DNA from: Eledone cirrhosa | Lineage: Eukaryota | DNA: 64,000 nt | NCBI GenBank assembly: GCA_964016885.1 | Contig: OZ024741.1 | Location: 355,446,001 to 355,510,000 of the forward strand | Direction: 5' to 3' | In this document: piece after piece, positions 53,325-64,000 of the stretch | How positions within the stretch are numbered: position 1 is the stretch's first letter | How the letters are laid out: each line of letters opens with the position of its first letter | The notes under the pieces: model-generated | Seen by the model: the letters and a program-made list of their open reading frames with translations, nothing else | What the model was told of the DNA's origin: nothing | Database searches by the model: none | Made by a program: the position numbers and the translations under genes

Positions 53325-54519
53325 CTGAGTATTTGAGACAAAAACAAAATCAAAGACTGTTTTTCTAAACTTTATTATAATTATTATAATTATTAATACT
53401 ATTCTATATGCTATGGAAAAATGGACATTAAACGATGATGATGATCATGATGATGGTAATGATAGAAAGAGGCAAATAATTTGGCACCATCTTGGCACTG
53501 TTTTAAGGCTCTTGCTATAAAGCTGTTTTAAGGCCCTTCCTATAAAGCAATCAGTATGACAGATCGTGTTGTGATGCACCCATCCCACATGGGCAGAAGG
53601 ACAGTGGGAGTCCACATTCCCAGGATCCTGCCAGGACTGGACTCGTGGTGACTCCTGGGCTGCATAATCGAGGAGGTTACACTGGTACCCTCATCGATGT
53701 CACCAAAACTGCCCGAGAGGACTGGTCTGGGGGTGAATTTGGGGACCCTTCTCTAAATCAAACTGGAACAGCTAAAAAACATCCCAGATCATGTTTGCCT
53801 CCAGGACAGGACTGTAATACAGGTAGTCACTGAGGGCAAAAAGCCTCATTGTTTTGTTTGCTGTGAAACAGCACATTTGTGAGCCTTCTGCTCTCAGCTC
53901 AAAAATGCAGCAGGGCACAAACCTCTGTTGCTACAAACACCAGTGTGTTGGGATACAAAACCTCACTATCAGCAACACCAACATTGTCAGAGCAACCGTA
54001 AAAGTAGCAGCAATAGAAGCAGCAGAAATAACACTTACAACAACAGCAACATCACAACTGTCAACAAAAATACAACCACCAACAGCAACATCGACACACC
54101 CACAAGAAAATAAATGAAAACATCCACAACCACAGACAAAAAAAGAAACTCACAACTTCAATTTTGCTGAAAAAGAACAACAAAAATCTAATGGCTCTCA
54201 TAACATGAAGCCAAGACATTGAGAAAGAGGGGAAGATTCTTGGCACCTGCACCTTCAAAGTGCCTCAAACACTTTTGATGGTGCAAATGTCGCTATAAAT
54301 GCACAAGAACATTAGGGATAACTTCCTCTATGACATGGAGATCCCTAGTGTAAAAGTAGGCTTTGAAAAGGGTTCCCAAAGGAACCTCACCAGCCAGAAA
54401 TGGAGGCTGAAACACCTGACCACCAAAAGTCCCTGGGAGGTAAGTAAATATTTCTTCTCTTGTTTAACCAGGCAGCATGGCCATCTAAAGAATAGGATGT
54501 TTAAATGTTTGTGGACTGA

Positions 54520-55240
54520 GTTCTTCCTGCAAGGGTTGCTTGCTGAACGACCTCAGGTCACTGAATATGGATGTCACTGCCGTCAGTGAGACCAAGATTT
54601 CCGACACATGCGAATGAGCCCCCATTTTCAACAACTATCAGATCTTAACATTTATTAGTCAGCTGGGAATGGGAAGTAGGGTGGCAGTGCTGTTTAGGAA
54701 AGGCCTGGGCCTTGAGTTAAGGATGATCTTCCTGGACCCAGACAGTAAATTGGTGGTCCTGGACATGAACAATAGCAAAGGTGGTGCCTTTAGTCTGGTG
54801 GTTCTCAACGCCCTGACTGGAGCCAGATGACCGGACTTCTTTAGGCATCTGGAAGTTTTTCTGGAAATGTCTCACCCTTTACTGTTAGTGGGGGACTGGA
54901 ATGGCATCTTAGACACGGTGGGATTGTGTAGGAGTAGCTGATAGGATCACAGGGTGAAAAAGCCTCAAGTACTTGATCAGCCAGTTCTAACTGTCTGGCA
55001 GGTACCAACTAGATTTCCTTAATGTGACTGTGTGGACATCAACCACACACAGTCATCTAGATTATATATATAGATAGGTCTTTTATTTATTAGGACAGTA
55101 GATAAAGATAGTATAGTTTGTCCATATTTCCAAATTTGTAATCCACATGGTCGACCTAGATAGAACTCATAGGCTAGGACCTGATTACTGGAAGATGAAC
55201 TTGTCATTCCCAGTACGTTAAGCTTACAGGGACCAGGTCA
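54520..55240 (+). pseudogene. Decayed Tx1/L1-like APE endonuclease fragment
   Basis: VTAVSETK, VAVLFRKGL, DPDSKLVVLDM, FFRHLEVFL, LLLVGDWNGILD with stops and frameshifts. Confidence 0.6.
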
Positions 55241-55793
55241 TCACTTTAGTTAAGTATAAGTTGACAAGGGTGGGCCCAAAACAGCAGGTTGACAATTGAT
55301 AGCTGGCCAGATAATCAGGTCACTCTGCTCTAATGTCAATGACTCGAGTTGCCTGGTTCTTCTTTTCCTTTCTCCCTTTCCATTGAAGGAGATGAACACA
55401 CTACTGTAAGCTGGTGTAGTAGCACACTTTAAATTTAGAGTGGTGCCACAGTTTACATAACTTATAGAGTTATAATTTATAAAAATATTCACCAAGGTCT
55501 GCAAGAAAGAAATTATTTCTAAGAAACTGAGATCAGTTTAAGTGAAATTGTGAAGCAGAGGTTGTCTATTGCCCAATTTAGCACCACCACCTTTAATGGA
55601 TTCTTCTCAATTGCAAGTCTTTGGACTAGGCCTTCAGTTTGAGGATATGTTCCTTACTCCTTCCCACCAGCCTTGGAGACTATGAAAGTGGTCATGATCA
55701 CTGCAATTCCCTCTTTGACTTAACAGTAAAAGAAACACAGAAAATGTAATTTAATAACAGTCCTTCTATTGATTGAAATTCAAGAGAACTTAC

Positions 55794-55928
55794 CACACAT
55801 TTTCCCTGTCAACCAACTTGGACAATGGCAATAGAAGTCATCAACCTGATCAATACAGGTTCCATTACCTTGGCATCGGTTTGAAGTACAATCATCAATA
55901 TTGATTTTACATAGTGGTCCTTTGAATC
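55794..55928 (-). CDS. EGF-repeat protein exon (GFKGPLCKINIDDCTSNRCQGNGTCIDQVDDFYCHCPSWLTGKMC)
   Basis: attag acceptor, gtaag donor, 135 nt, phase 1-1. Confidence 0.93.
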
Positions 55929-56219
55929 CTAATTAAATAAAAATGTTATTTATTATAATAGTTAGAAGTAAAAGATCTTTGGAGGATATATATATATATA
56001 CATATACATATATATATATATATATTCAGGTTTGAGGTTCACCACTGTATAGAGCTGGTCTATTCCGTATGGTCAATCGTAATGCAATAATATAGAGAGT
56101 ACTCAACGTAAAGCAGTTCAACCGTCTTTGTTTTTGTAGTTGGTGGTGCTATTACGGAGTTAAATATTATAATGAAATGACAGGAGGCTGGATTTGTGTA
56201 AATCCTTGAAAGGTTTATT

Positions 56220-56277
56220 ATACTATGATCATTTCAATGACCGGGTTCCGTATGAATCCGGTGATATCATCAGGTAT
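56220..56277 (-). ncRNA. Type I hammerhead ribozyme motif in left arm of foldback element
   Basis: Reverse complement of 57964-58021. Confidence 0.75.
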
Positions 56278-57963
56278 TCGAAATATAATACGTGAATATA
56301 ATAGGTAAAATCCATGGGGCTGAAAATCGAGACCCGAGGGCGACCGCTATTCTGTTCCTTCAACCTCAGCCGGTCGCCCTGGAGTGACGTGGCTAAATTT
56401 TATAGTATGCTACTACCGGTCAGATGAACGAAAACAGAAAGGGATGGGAGCATAGGTTAACGTCGATCCCATGACACAAGGTAAAAGAAAGAAGAAGAGA
56501 AGCCAGGGTTAATGTCAGCTAAAAGAGGAAGGCAACTACTACTGGTCAGATATAGGCAAGCAAGAGGGGGAAGGAAGATAAGTCTGCGGGAGGAAGACAG
56601 GAGGAGGGGAGAAGAGAAGGAAGGGAAGAGAGAAGTAGAAAAGTAAGGGTTGATAGCTACAAGAAGGAAGATAGAAAGAAAGAGGAAGAAAGGTCGATAT
56701 TAATGTCAGACCACAGTCAAGCCAGGAGTGGCGCGAGAAAATTTTCACAGGGACCCGCATCTTAGCGGAGGTGAATATATTGGGAGTCAGTGTTTTACAG
56801 TGTTTAGACTTCTAGGATGAAGTTAAAAAAATTATTTATTAATTTTTTAATTTAAAATTATTTATTAATTTTTTAACTTCATCCTATAAGTCTAAACATT
56901 GTAACACACTGACCCCCAATATATTCACCTCTGCTAAGATGCGAGTCCCTGTGAAAATTTTGTCGCGCCACTCCTGGCCCGACTGTGGTGTGACATTAAT
57001 ATCGACCTTCCTTCCTCTCTCATTCTATCTTCCTTCTTGTAGCTATCAACCATTACTCTTTTACTTCTCTAAGCAAAATTTTAAAGTTCCAACTTTCTGT
57101 CGGACTGTTGGGTGGGTTTTAATGGCGGCGCAACCAGCTCCCTGGCGAACGGGCTCACCTGGAGAGCTTGGAAAAATAAATTTCCCCTTCTTTCAGTAAA
57201 TGAAAATACTCGGCGTGACTTAGTTCGCCATGGGGCCCGGGGCGCGGCCGTTGTTTTAACCGCCAAATAGTACCTTTAAATTACAGAACAAATCGGAACT
57301 ATTATATAATTAAATGTTAAACTGTTGAACTTTAAATTTTCTAACCTCTTTAATATTGAATATTGATTATTAATTTTTTTAACTTCATCCTAGAAGTCTA
57401 AACACTGTAAAACACTGACTCCCAATATATTCACCTCCGCTAAGATGCGGGTCCCTGTGAAAATTTTCTCGCGCCACTCCCGGCTTGACTGTGGTCTGAC
57501 ATTAATATTGACCTTTCTTCCTCTTTCTTTCTATCTTCCTTCTTGTAGCCATCAACCCTTACTTTTCTACTTCTCTCTTCCCTTCCTTCTCTTCTCCCCT
57601 CCTCCTGTCTTCCTCCCGCAGACTTATCTTCCTTCCCCCTCTTGCTTGCCTATATCTGACCAGTAGTAGTTGCCTTCCTCTTTTAGCTGACATTAACCCT
57701 GGCTTCTCTTCTTCTTTCCTCCCCCTTCTTCTCTCTCCTTCCTTTCTTTCTTTCTTTTACCTTGTGTCATGGGATCGACGTTAACCTATGCTCCCATCCT
57801 TTTCTGTTTTCGTTCATCTGACCGGTAGTAGCATACTATAAAATTTAGCCACGTCACTCCAGGGCGACCGGCTGAGGTTGAAGGAACAGAATAGCGGTCG
57901 CCCTCGGGTCTCGATTTTCAGCCCCATGGATTTTACCTATTACATTCACGTATTATATTTCGA

Positions 57964-58021
57964 ATACCTGATGATATCACCGGATTCATACGGAACCCGG
58001 TCATTGAAATGATCATAGTAT
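57964..58021 (+). ncRNA. Type I hammerhead ribozyme motif in right arm of foldback element
   Basis: ATAC-CTGATGA-stem II (10 of 13 pairs, 57975-58005)-GAA-ATGATCAT (palindromic stem III)-A-GTAT; predicted cleavage after 58017. Confidence 0.75.
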
Positions 58022-58071
58022 AATAAACCTTTCAAGGATTTACACAAATCCAGCCTCCTGTCATTTCATTA

Positions 58072-58109
<38 letters not shown>

Positions 58110-58112
<3 letters not shown>

Positions 58113-60107
58113 TAATCATCATCATCATCATCACAGTTTTACGTCCATTCTTTCTGACCTTGTCTTGCTTATACAGGAACTCATTCTGGCTTGATTTCTA
58201 CAGCTGGATGCCCTTCCTAACACCAACTTCATTTACAGTGAGTGCTGGGTACTTTTCTTCCGTGGCACCTACACAACCACTTTACAGTATAGGCTGGGTG
58301 TTTTTTTGCTGTGGCACCTCCACAACCACTTTGCAGTGGGAGGGGTGGGGGCATATTGTCTATATGCTTCAGCTTCAGCTTGTAGCCATGGGAAGTTGGG
58401 TCTTCCATGTTAATGCCAGAGGTCACGGTCCTGTGTCATCATCTTTGTGAGGTGTAATTGGATAAAGTCGGCTTTTATCACCTCATCCCAAGTCGTCTTG
58501 GGTCTCTATGGCTTCCATCGACTTCTAGTTCTCTGCACCTTTTTATGCAGCTGGCATCCTTCATATGCATCACATATCCATACCAATGCAACCTCCTCTC
58601 CTGCACACAGCATTTGATTCCTCTTATGCTCAGTCTCTCTCTCTCAATTCGTTTATGCTTTGCCATTTGCGTATATTACTATTACACAGCCATTGGAGCA
58701 TGCAGGCTTTGTTTCTTTCTAATCTACGCAAGTCTTCTACACACAACACCCAGGTCTCACTACCATGTAACATTGCTGTTCATATGCATGCATCATACAG
58801 TCTGCCTTTCATTTTGAGGGGAAAGCCTTTTGCAGCTAGTAGTGGCAGTAGCTCCCTGAACTTCTTCCATCCTGCTGCTAATTCAGTCACCTAGATAGCA
58901 AAAACTGTCTACTGTGTCTACAGAACCCTCCCAGAGTTTGGTGGTGCTTGTTTCCTGTGGCCGTTTGCAGCTTGCTGTCCCAGTGCAGCTGCTACATGTA
59001 AAGCCTACATTCTTAGCTAAGCTTCCGGAGATCCCACTACATCTCTTGTGGACCCATTGTTTGCATTTGGGGCAGAGAAATGGAGTTCCTAATTATACCT
59101 TTCCTACATACTGAGCATGGCCATTTCCCTGAGGGGATCTAGGTTCTGTTTTCTCGTCTACTTATGAGGACCTTAGTCTTTATCAGGTTGACGTTGAGGC
59201 CCTTTCTTTCTAGTCCCTGCTTCTATGTTTGGAATTTCTTCTCTACTTCCACCATAGATTCAGCTATAAGTGCGAGGTCATCTGCATACAGGTGTTCCTA
59301 TGGGCATCTGTTCTTAAACTCCTCTGTTATTGCCTGCAATACTATAATGAACAGGAGAGGGCTAAGAACAGAGCTATAGTCATTGTTAACCCAAACTTTG
59401 CTGACAGCTCCCCTATACATGGCTTGTACTGCTTTCACAAGCCATTCATCTACTCCTAGTTTTCTAAGAGCCCACCAGATTATAGCACTGGCACTCTGTC
59501 GAAGGCATTTTCTAGATCAACAAATGCCATTACTTTTAGCTAGGTACCTTTCCTGTAACTGCCTCACAAGGAAGAGGGCATCAGTGGTGCCTTTTCCTAG
59601 CACAAACCCAAATTGCATCTCATCTAGTTTTTCCCGGTCCCTAATCAACTGTGCTATAACTCTTTCTGTTACTTTCATGATCTGGTCCATCAGCTTTATA
59701 CCTCTATAGTTTCCTCTATCTAGTGCATCACCTTTACCCTTGTAGCAGTTAACAATGATGCTGCTGTACCAATCCTTTGGTATGACACTGTCTAGTATTA
59801 CCTGGTTAACAATGCATGTGGTTATAGTGTGACCTACAGACCCAGATGCTTTCAGCATCTCGGCAGCTATACCCGATGGACCGGTTGCCTTCCCAGTGTT
59901 CATATCTTTAATTGCCTTACTTACTACGCTGCTGCTGACTTGTACTGCTGGCCCCTCTGTCGGGTCCACTTTGGGTAGGGTCTCTTTCTCCCATGCATTC
60001 TCCTCATTTAGTAATCTTTCATAATGGCTCTGCCATGCATCTTTCTTCTCAGCACTTGTGAGGGCAAGCTCACCTTTATCATTCCGGACACACTTCTCTC
60101 CAATGAC
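58110..60107 (-). mobile_element. 5'-truncated degenerate RTE LINE, same subfamily as 5338-9147
   Basis: ORF 59517..59969 near-identical to the corresponding part of 6757..8646. Confidence 0.92.
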
Positions 60108-61045
60108 ATATATATATATGTATATATAAGCTAGATTATTGTATTAAACCTAAGTTATTTATTTATTCATTTTATATAAATATTTATATATAAATATATT
60201 CAACATCATCATCATCATCATGATCAACATTTAATGCCTTATTCTCTATGCTTGCATAGGTTAGATGGGTTGGCCATATTATGAGGTAAGTGTGGCCAGT
60301 TGGCCACGTCATACCTTGCTCAAACGGAACTGTATTTTGGTCTTTTTTTTTTACAGTTGGATGCTCTTCCTAACACCAACTACATTTACAGTGATATATA
60401 TATATATATGTATCTAAAGACTAAAGTCTGTCTTAAGCCAGAAGGTTCATTTGGTCGGTGCTTATCCCGGTTTCATGGCGTGAAGCAACTGAGAGTCCAA
60501 GACTCTCCCATGGACAGGACGCCAGTCCATCATAGGGTTAACTCCCCAGCTATTGCTGGTACTTATTTTCAGCTGAGTATATTGGAGCAACGTGAAATAA
60601 AGTCTTTTGCTCAAGAACACAACATGCAACACAGGAATCGAACCCACAACATTATGATCGTAAGTCCAACACCCTTACCACTAGGCCACATGCCTCCACA
60701 TATATATGTATACGTACACATATATATGTGTATATATATGTGTGTGTTGCATAACCACTAGCAGTTAGTCAATATATTGATTTACCATGATAAATCAACC
60801 GCCTGAAACGATCATAAAACAATGAACTGATTAAGCATCAATCTTCGTCTTTTGTTTTCATTGTTCAGTACACACACACACACATATATATTAGTGTATG
60901 ATATAAAATATATTTATTTGACTTTTTGTCAGATAATATTTTGCGTATGTATAATATATACCAATCTATGATACACTACATACATGCACAGACATTTACA
61001 TAACTACCACACAAACGATATCACTGGTTACTGTTATTTAATTAC

Positions 61046-61156
61046 CTTTAGGACAAATACAATACTTTTTCCCAAATTCATTTTGGAAGCAGATGCCTTC
61101 ATTAAAACAGATGTTTTGGTCGCATGGGATGTATTTTTTATCTGGTTGTGTTTCAT
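61046..61156 (-). CDS. EGF-repeat protein exon (ETQPDKKYIPCDQNICFNEGICFQNEFGKKYCICPK)
   Basis: tttag acceptor, gtaat donor, 111 nt, phase 1-1; five EGF cysteines, sixth supplied by next exon. Confidence 0.92.
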
Positions 61157-61181
61157 CTAAACAGAAATAGAAGAGAAAATG

Positions 61182-61416
61182 TTAACCTTTTCATTACCAT
61201 ATGTATAATAAAACAATATATTTGACTTAATTAATGAAAGAAGAATTTACTAAAGTAATAAATTATTAAGATGATATTTATAATATCATTTAATAAAATG
61301 TTCTTATATCAAATTATGCTGGAATATTTTAATTTAAACAGGAACCCATTAAATTGGATGGCTTTGTTTCATAGAACCAGAGGCAGTTTGGGGCAGACTG
61401 GTATTAAAAGGGTTAG
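61182..61416. mobile_element. Old AT-rich MITE with ttaaccctt/aagggtta-type ends (second piggyBac-like family)
   Basis: Related decayed copies at ~1198-1597, 2090-2675, 5205-5337 plus 9148-9440, 39020-39240. Confidence 0.5.
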
Positions 61417-63255
61417 ATCATAGATGATTTTAAAATCCCATTAAGTGTCTTGTCTGAGGTTCATTTTGGCTTTCATCCTTCTGGAGTCGATAAAATAAAG
61501 TACTAGTTAAACACTGGGGTTGATTTCTTTGACTATATAGCCCATATTTATGACTGTGTATCAATGCTAGATATCAATATATATGATTCAGGAGGCATGC
61601 TATAGGTATTGACAAAATACCTATACAACATTATATTGTATTGACAAAATATTTCTAAGACATTATATTAAGATAAACTTGAAGGATCTTTTGTGAAATA
61701 AATCTCATGTCAGAGTAGACATGGTTATAGGTTTAAGACATTTGCTTTGTAACCACATGATCCCAAATTTGATCCAACATGCTACAGCTATAGGTTGACA
61801 AATACTTTGCGATTTGAAATTTGGTAGACAGATATTGTATGGAAATCTGTCATAAATGTTCTTCTGTGGGATTGGCTATTATTGCAGTTGCTTAAGCTTG
61901 TGGTTAGCATTGGATCAGTGCAGATTAGTATGTCTTCAAGTTAAAGAAATTAACAGTCTTAGTTATATATATATAGATAGATATAGAGAGGTGAATTCCT
62001 GGTGTATAACGAGTGGTAACCACAGTTAAAGAAATCACTCAGTACAGTAGTAGAGTATAGGCATATTTTATTTTATTATAGAAATGACTTCTACAATAAA
62101 ATATATGTGTGTGTGTAAGTGCATGTGTGTGTATGTATATATTTATACATGGGTATCTTTGTGTATACTGGTCTAAATCAGTGTAAATTCTTTGTGGTTT
62201 CTCCTTAACTTTGAGGGGAAGTAACTTAGTTTTGTTGATCACTATATATCGATTAATAAGTAGGTAATGAAGGTGGTGAATTGGCAGAGTCATTAGAATG
62301 TCAGATAGAATACTTTGTGGTATTCATTTTGGCTCTCAGCCCTCAGCTCTCTGAGTTCATATCCCACTGAGGTCAACTTTATTTTTCATCCATTCGAGGT
62401 TGATAAAAAAGAACCACTCTAGTACTGGAGTCGATTCTTCTCTACATCTCTTTCTCACTTCCTCTCTCTCACTCTTTATCCTTCTCTGAAAGAAATATTC
62501 TGTATTCAGACGTGGAGAGGGATGGGCACCACCAGGTTTAAAAAATGCCCTAGAAATTCTGTATGTCAATATGACTCCCTCAGGATTTACGGGACCTTAC
62601 AAACCATACAAGTAGGTAATGCTAAAATAAGTACCAAACTAAGTACTGCAATCGATATAATTAACTAAAGTCTTTGAAAGAGGTGCCCCACTATGACTAC
62701 AGTGCAATGACTGAAAGTAGCAACTGATATCAACAAGCATTTCAAAGCCATTTTATGCTAAAGCAGGGATGAGCCTTGCAGGGTCCATGAAAAGCTTCAC
62801 ACTCAAAATGGACTCACTTTTTGAGGCAATGTTTTATGGCCAGATGCCCTTCCTGGTACCATGTATTTTAGTTGCATCTTATGACACAGTGATATGGTGT
62901 ATCTATTCTTAATGGAGTTGTAAGGGTGTTGTTCTGACAAATGGAGTGTTTTGGACATTTTAAGCCTAGTAGAGCAGATTCCTCTTCCGGTTGAAGCACA
63001 GTCAATTTCTTCCAGAGAAAGAAAGAATGGAAAAGAAATACAGGGAAAGATTTGACCTCAATACTGGATTGGTACTTTATTCATTGACGTCAAAAGGATG
63101 AAAAGCAATGTTGACCTCAGCAGGATTTGAACTCAGAATGCAGTATTTTTAATCCAACACCCTAACGACTCTGCCAGTTCACTTCCCTTCAGCAATAAAG
63201 CAAAACAAAACAAAACAAAAAACATAAGAAAATCAACAGAAGGCTGAACACTTAC

Positions 63256-63390
63256 TGCAAATCTTTCCAGCAAGGCCATCAGGGCAATAACAGAAGAAAT
63301 CATCGATCCAGTCAATACAAATAGCTTTGGCATGGCATTTATTTGGGTTGCAATCATCAATGTTCGTCTCACAGAGATTTCCAGTGAAAC
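63256..63390 (-). CDS. EGF-repeat membrane protein exon (GFTGNLCETNIDDCNPNKCHAKAICIDWIDDFFCYCPDGLAGKIC), calcium-binding EGF
   Basis: gacag acceptor, gtaag donor, 135 nt, phase 1-1; NIDDC and CxDxxxxFxC consensus; gene continues upstream beyond window. Confidence 0.93.
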
Positions 63391-63671
63391 CTGTCATGAT
63401 ATTGGAGTTGTGAAAGAGAGTCATTTTGGTAATATCACATGACTATATTTGAGATAAATGAATATGTGAAGAAAATATATGACTGTCTGTTGTATATGTG
63501 GGGTTATAAGTGGCAAACTGGAAGTAACAGAAGCTGTGACATCATGTGAGTGGAGGGGCAAAACAAGAGGCCCTCTTTCTTCATATAGATTTGTAGTTAG
63601 TACACGAGTGTCTGTAAGTTTGAGTGAAACCTGGGATTTCTCAGAAAATCCTGAGTTTCACACAAGCTTAA

Positions 63672-63889
63672 CCCTTTATGATTTAAACCGGCCATATCCG
63701 GCCAGAATTCTTTCACCTTTTTCTGTTCCAACTGACCGTGACCGGCCACTCCTACTGATGTTAGAGTATTCTCAAAATGAATAATTTCAAAATCTCATAT
63801 ATTCCATATTATGTGAGATAATTATGTGAGGTAAAGCCTTTACTGTGAAAATTCAATAGTAAATATAGAGTAATGTAAATTCTAAAGGG
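63672..63889. mobile_element. piggyBac-like MITE, same family as 33671 and 14935-15145
   Basis: TTAA|CCCTTTA ... TAAAGGG|TTAA; shared internal sequence. Confidence 0.78.
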
Positions 63890-64000
63890 TTAAAGACACG
63901 TCCACTCACATCAAATCCACACAAAGAAAGTGACCCTCTCGTTTTGCCCTTCCACTCATGTAACATCACTGATCCTGTTATTTCCATAAGTCCACAGTAT

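Larger units (their letters stand above)
56026..58078. mobile_element. Foldback, non-coding Penelope-like element between (TA)n tracts
   Basis: Near-identical inverted arms ~56163-56833 and ~57370-58078; older partial inverted copy ~56868-57070; hammerhead in each arm; mirrored ORFs 56539(-), 56939(+), 57445(+). Confidence 0.7.

Noticed and set aside
56539-57666. Three similar 73-86 aa ORFs (MRVPVKIFSRHS...)
   Set aside because: Mirror the inverted-repeat arms; low-complexity CT-rich translation
62493-62615. Possible plus-strand exon after a pyrimidine tract
   Set aside because: No frame resembles POLD1 or a known domain; lies between SINE fragments

Overview
AT-rich, repeat-dense animal genomic DNA, not prokaryotic; the SINE/RTE repertoire suggests an octopus-like cephalopod (inference). 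The + strand carries 13 internal GT-AG exons of DNA polymerase delta catalytic subunit (POLD1, 2777-42587) with intact ExoI-III and Pol motifs A, B, C. I could not find the ~96-nt exon expected between motifs B and C, nor any POLD1 exon after 42587. The - strand carries the last 6 exons (63390 to 48609) of a type I membrane protein built from a duplicated two-exon EGF module plus TM and short tail; it is mostly absent from the ORF track and probably nested in a POLD1 intron. Introns hold many RTE LINEs (one full-length, with a PHD-like finger), CR1, Tx1/L1-like and CRE-like fragments, two SINE families, piggyBac-, Tigger- and Helitron-like non-autonomous elements, and a ~71 x 48 bp minisatellite expanded from a LINE/SINE 3' UTR repeat. 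The most striking non-coding feature is a ~2 kb foldback element (56026-58078) with a type I hammerhead ribozyme motif in each arm, one per strand. All coordinates and alignments were read by eye.
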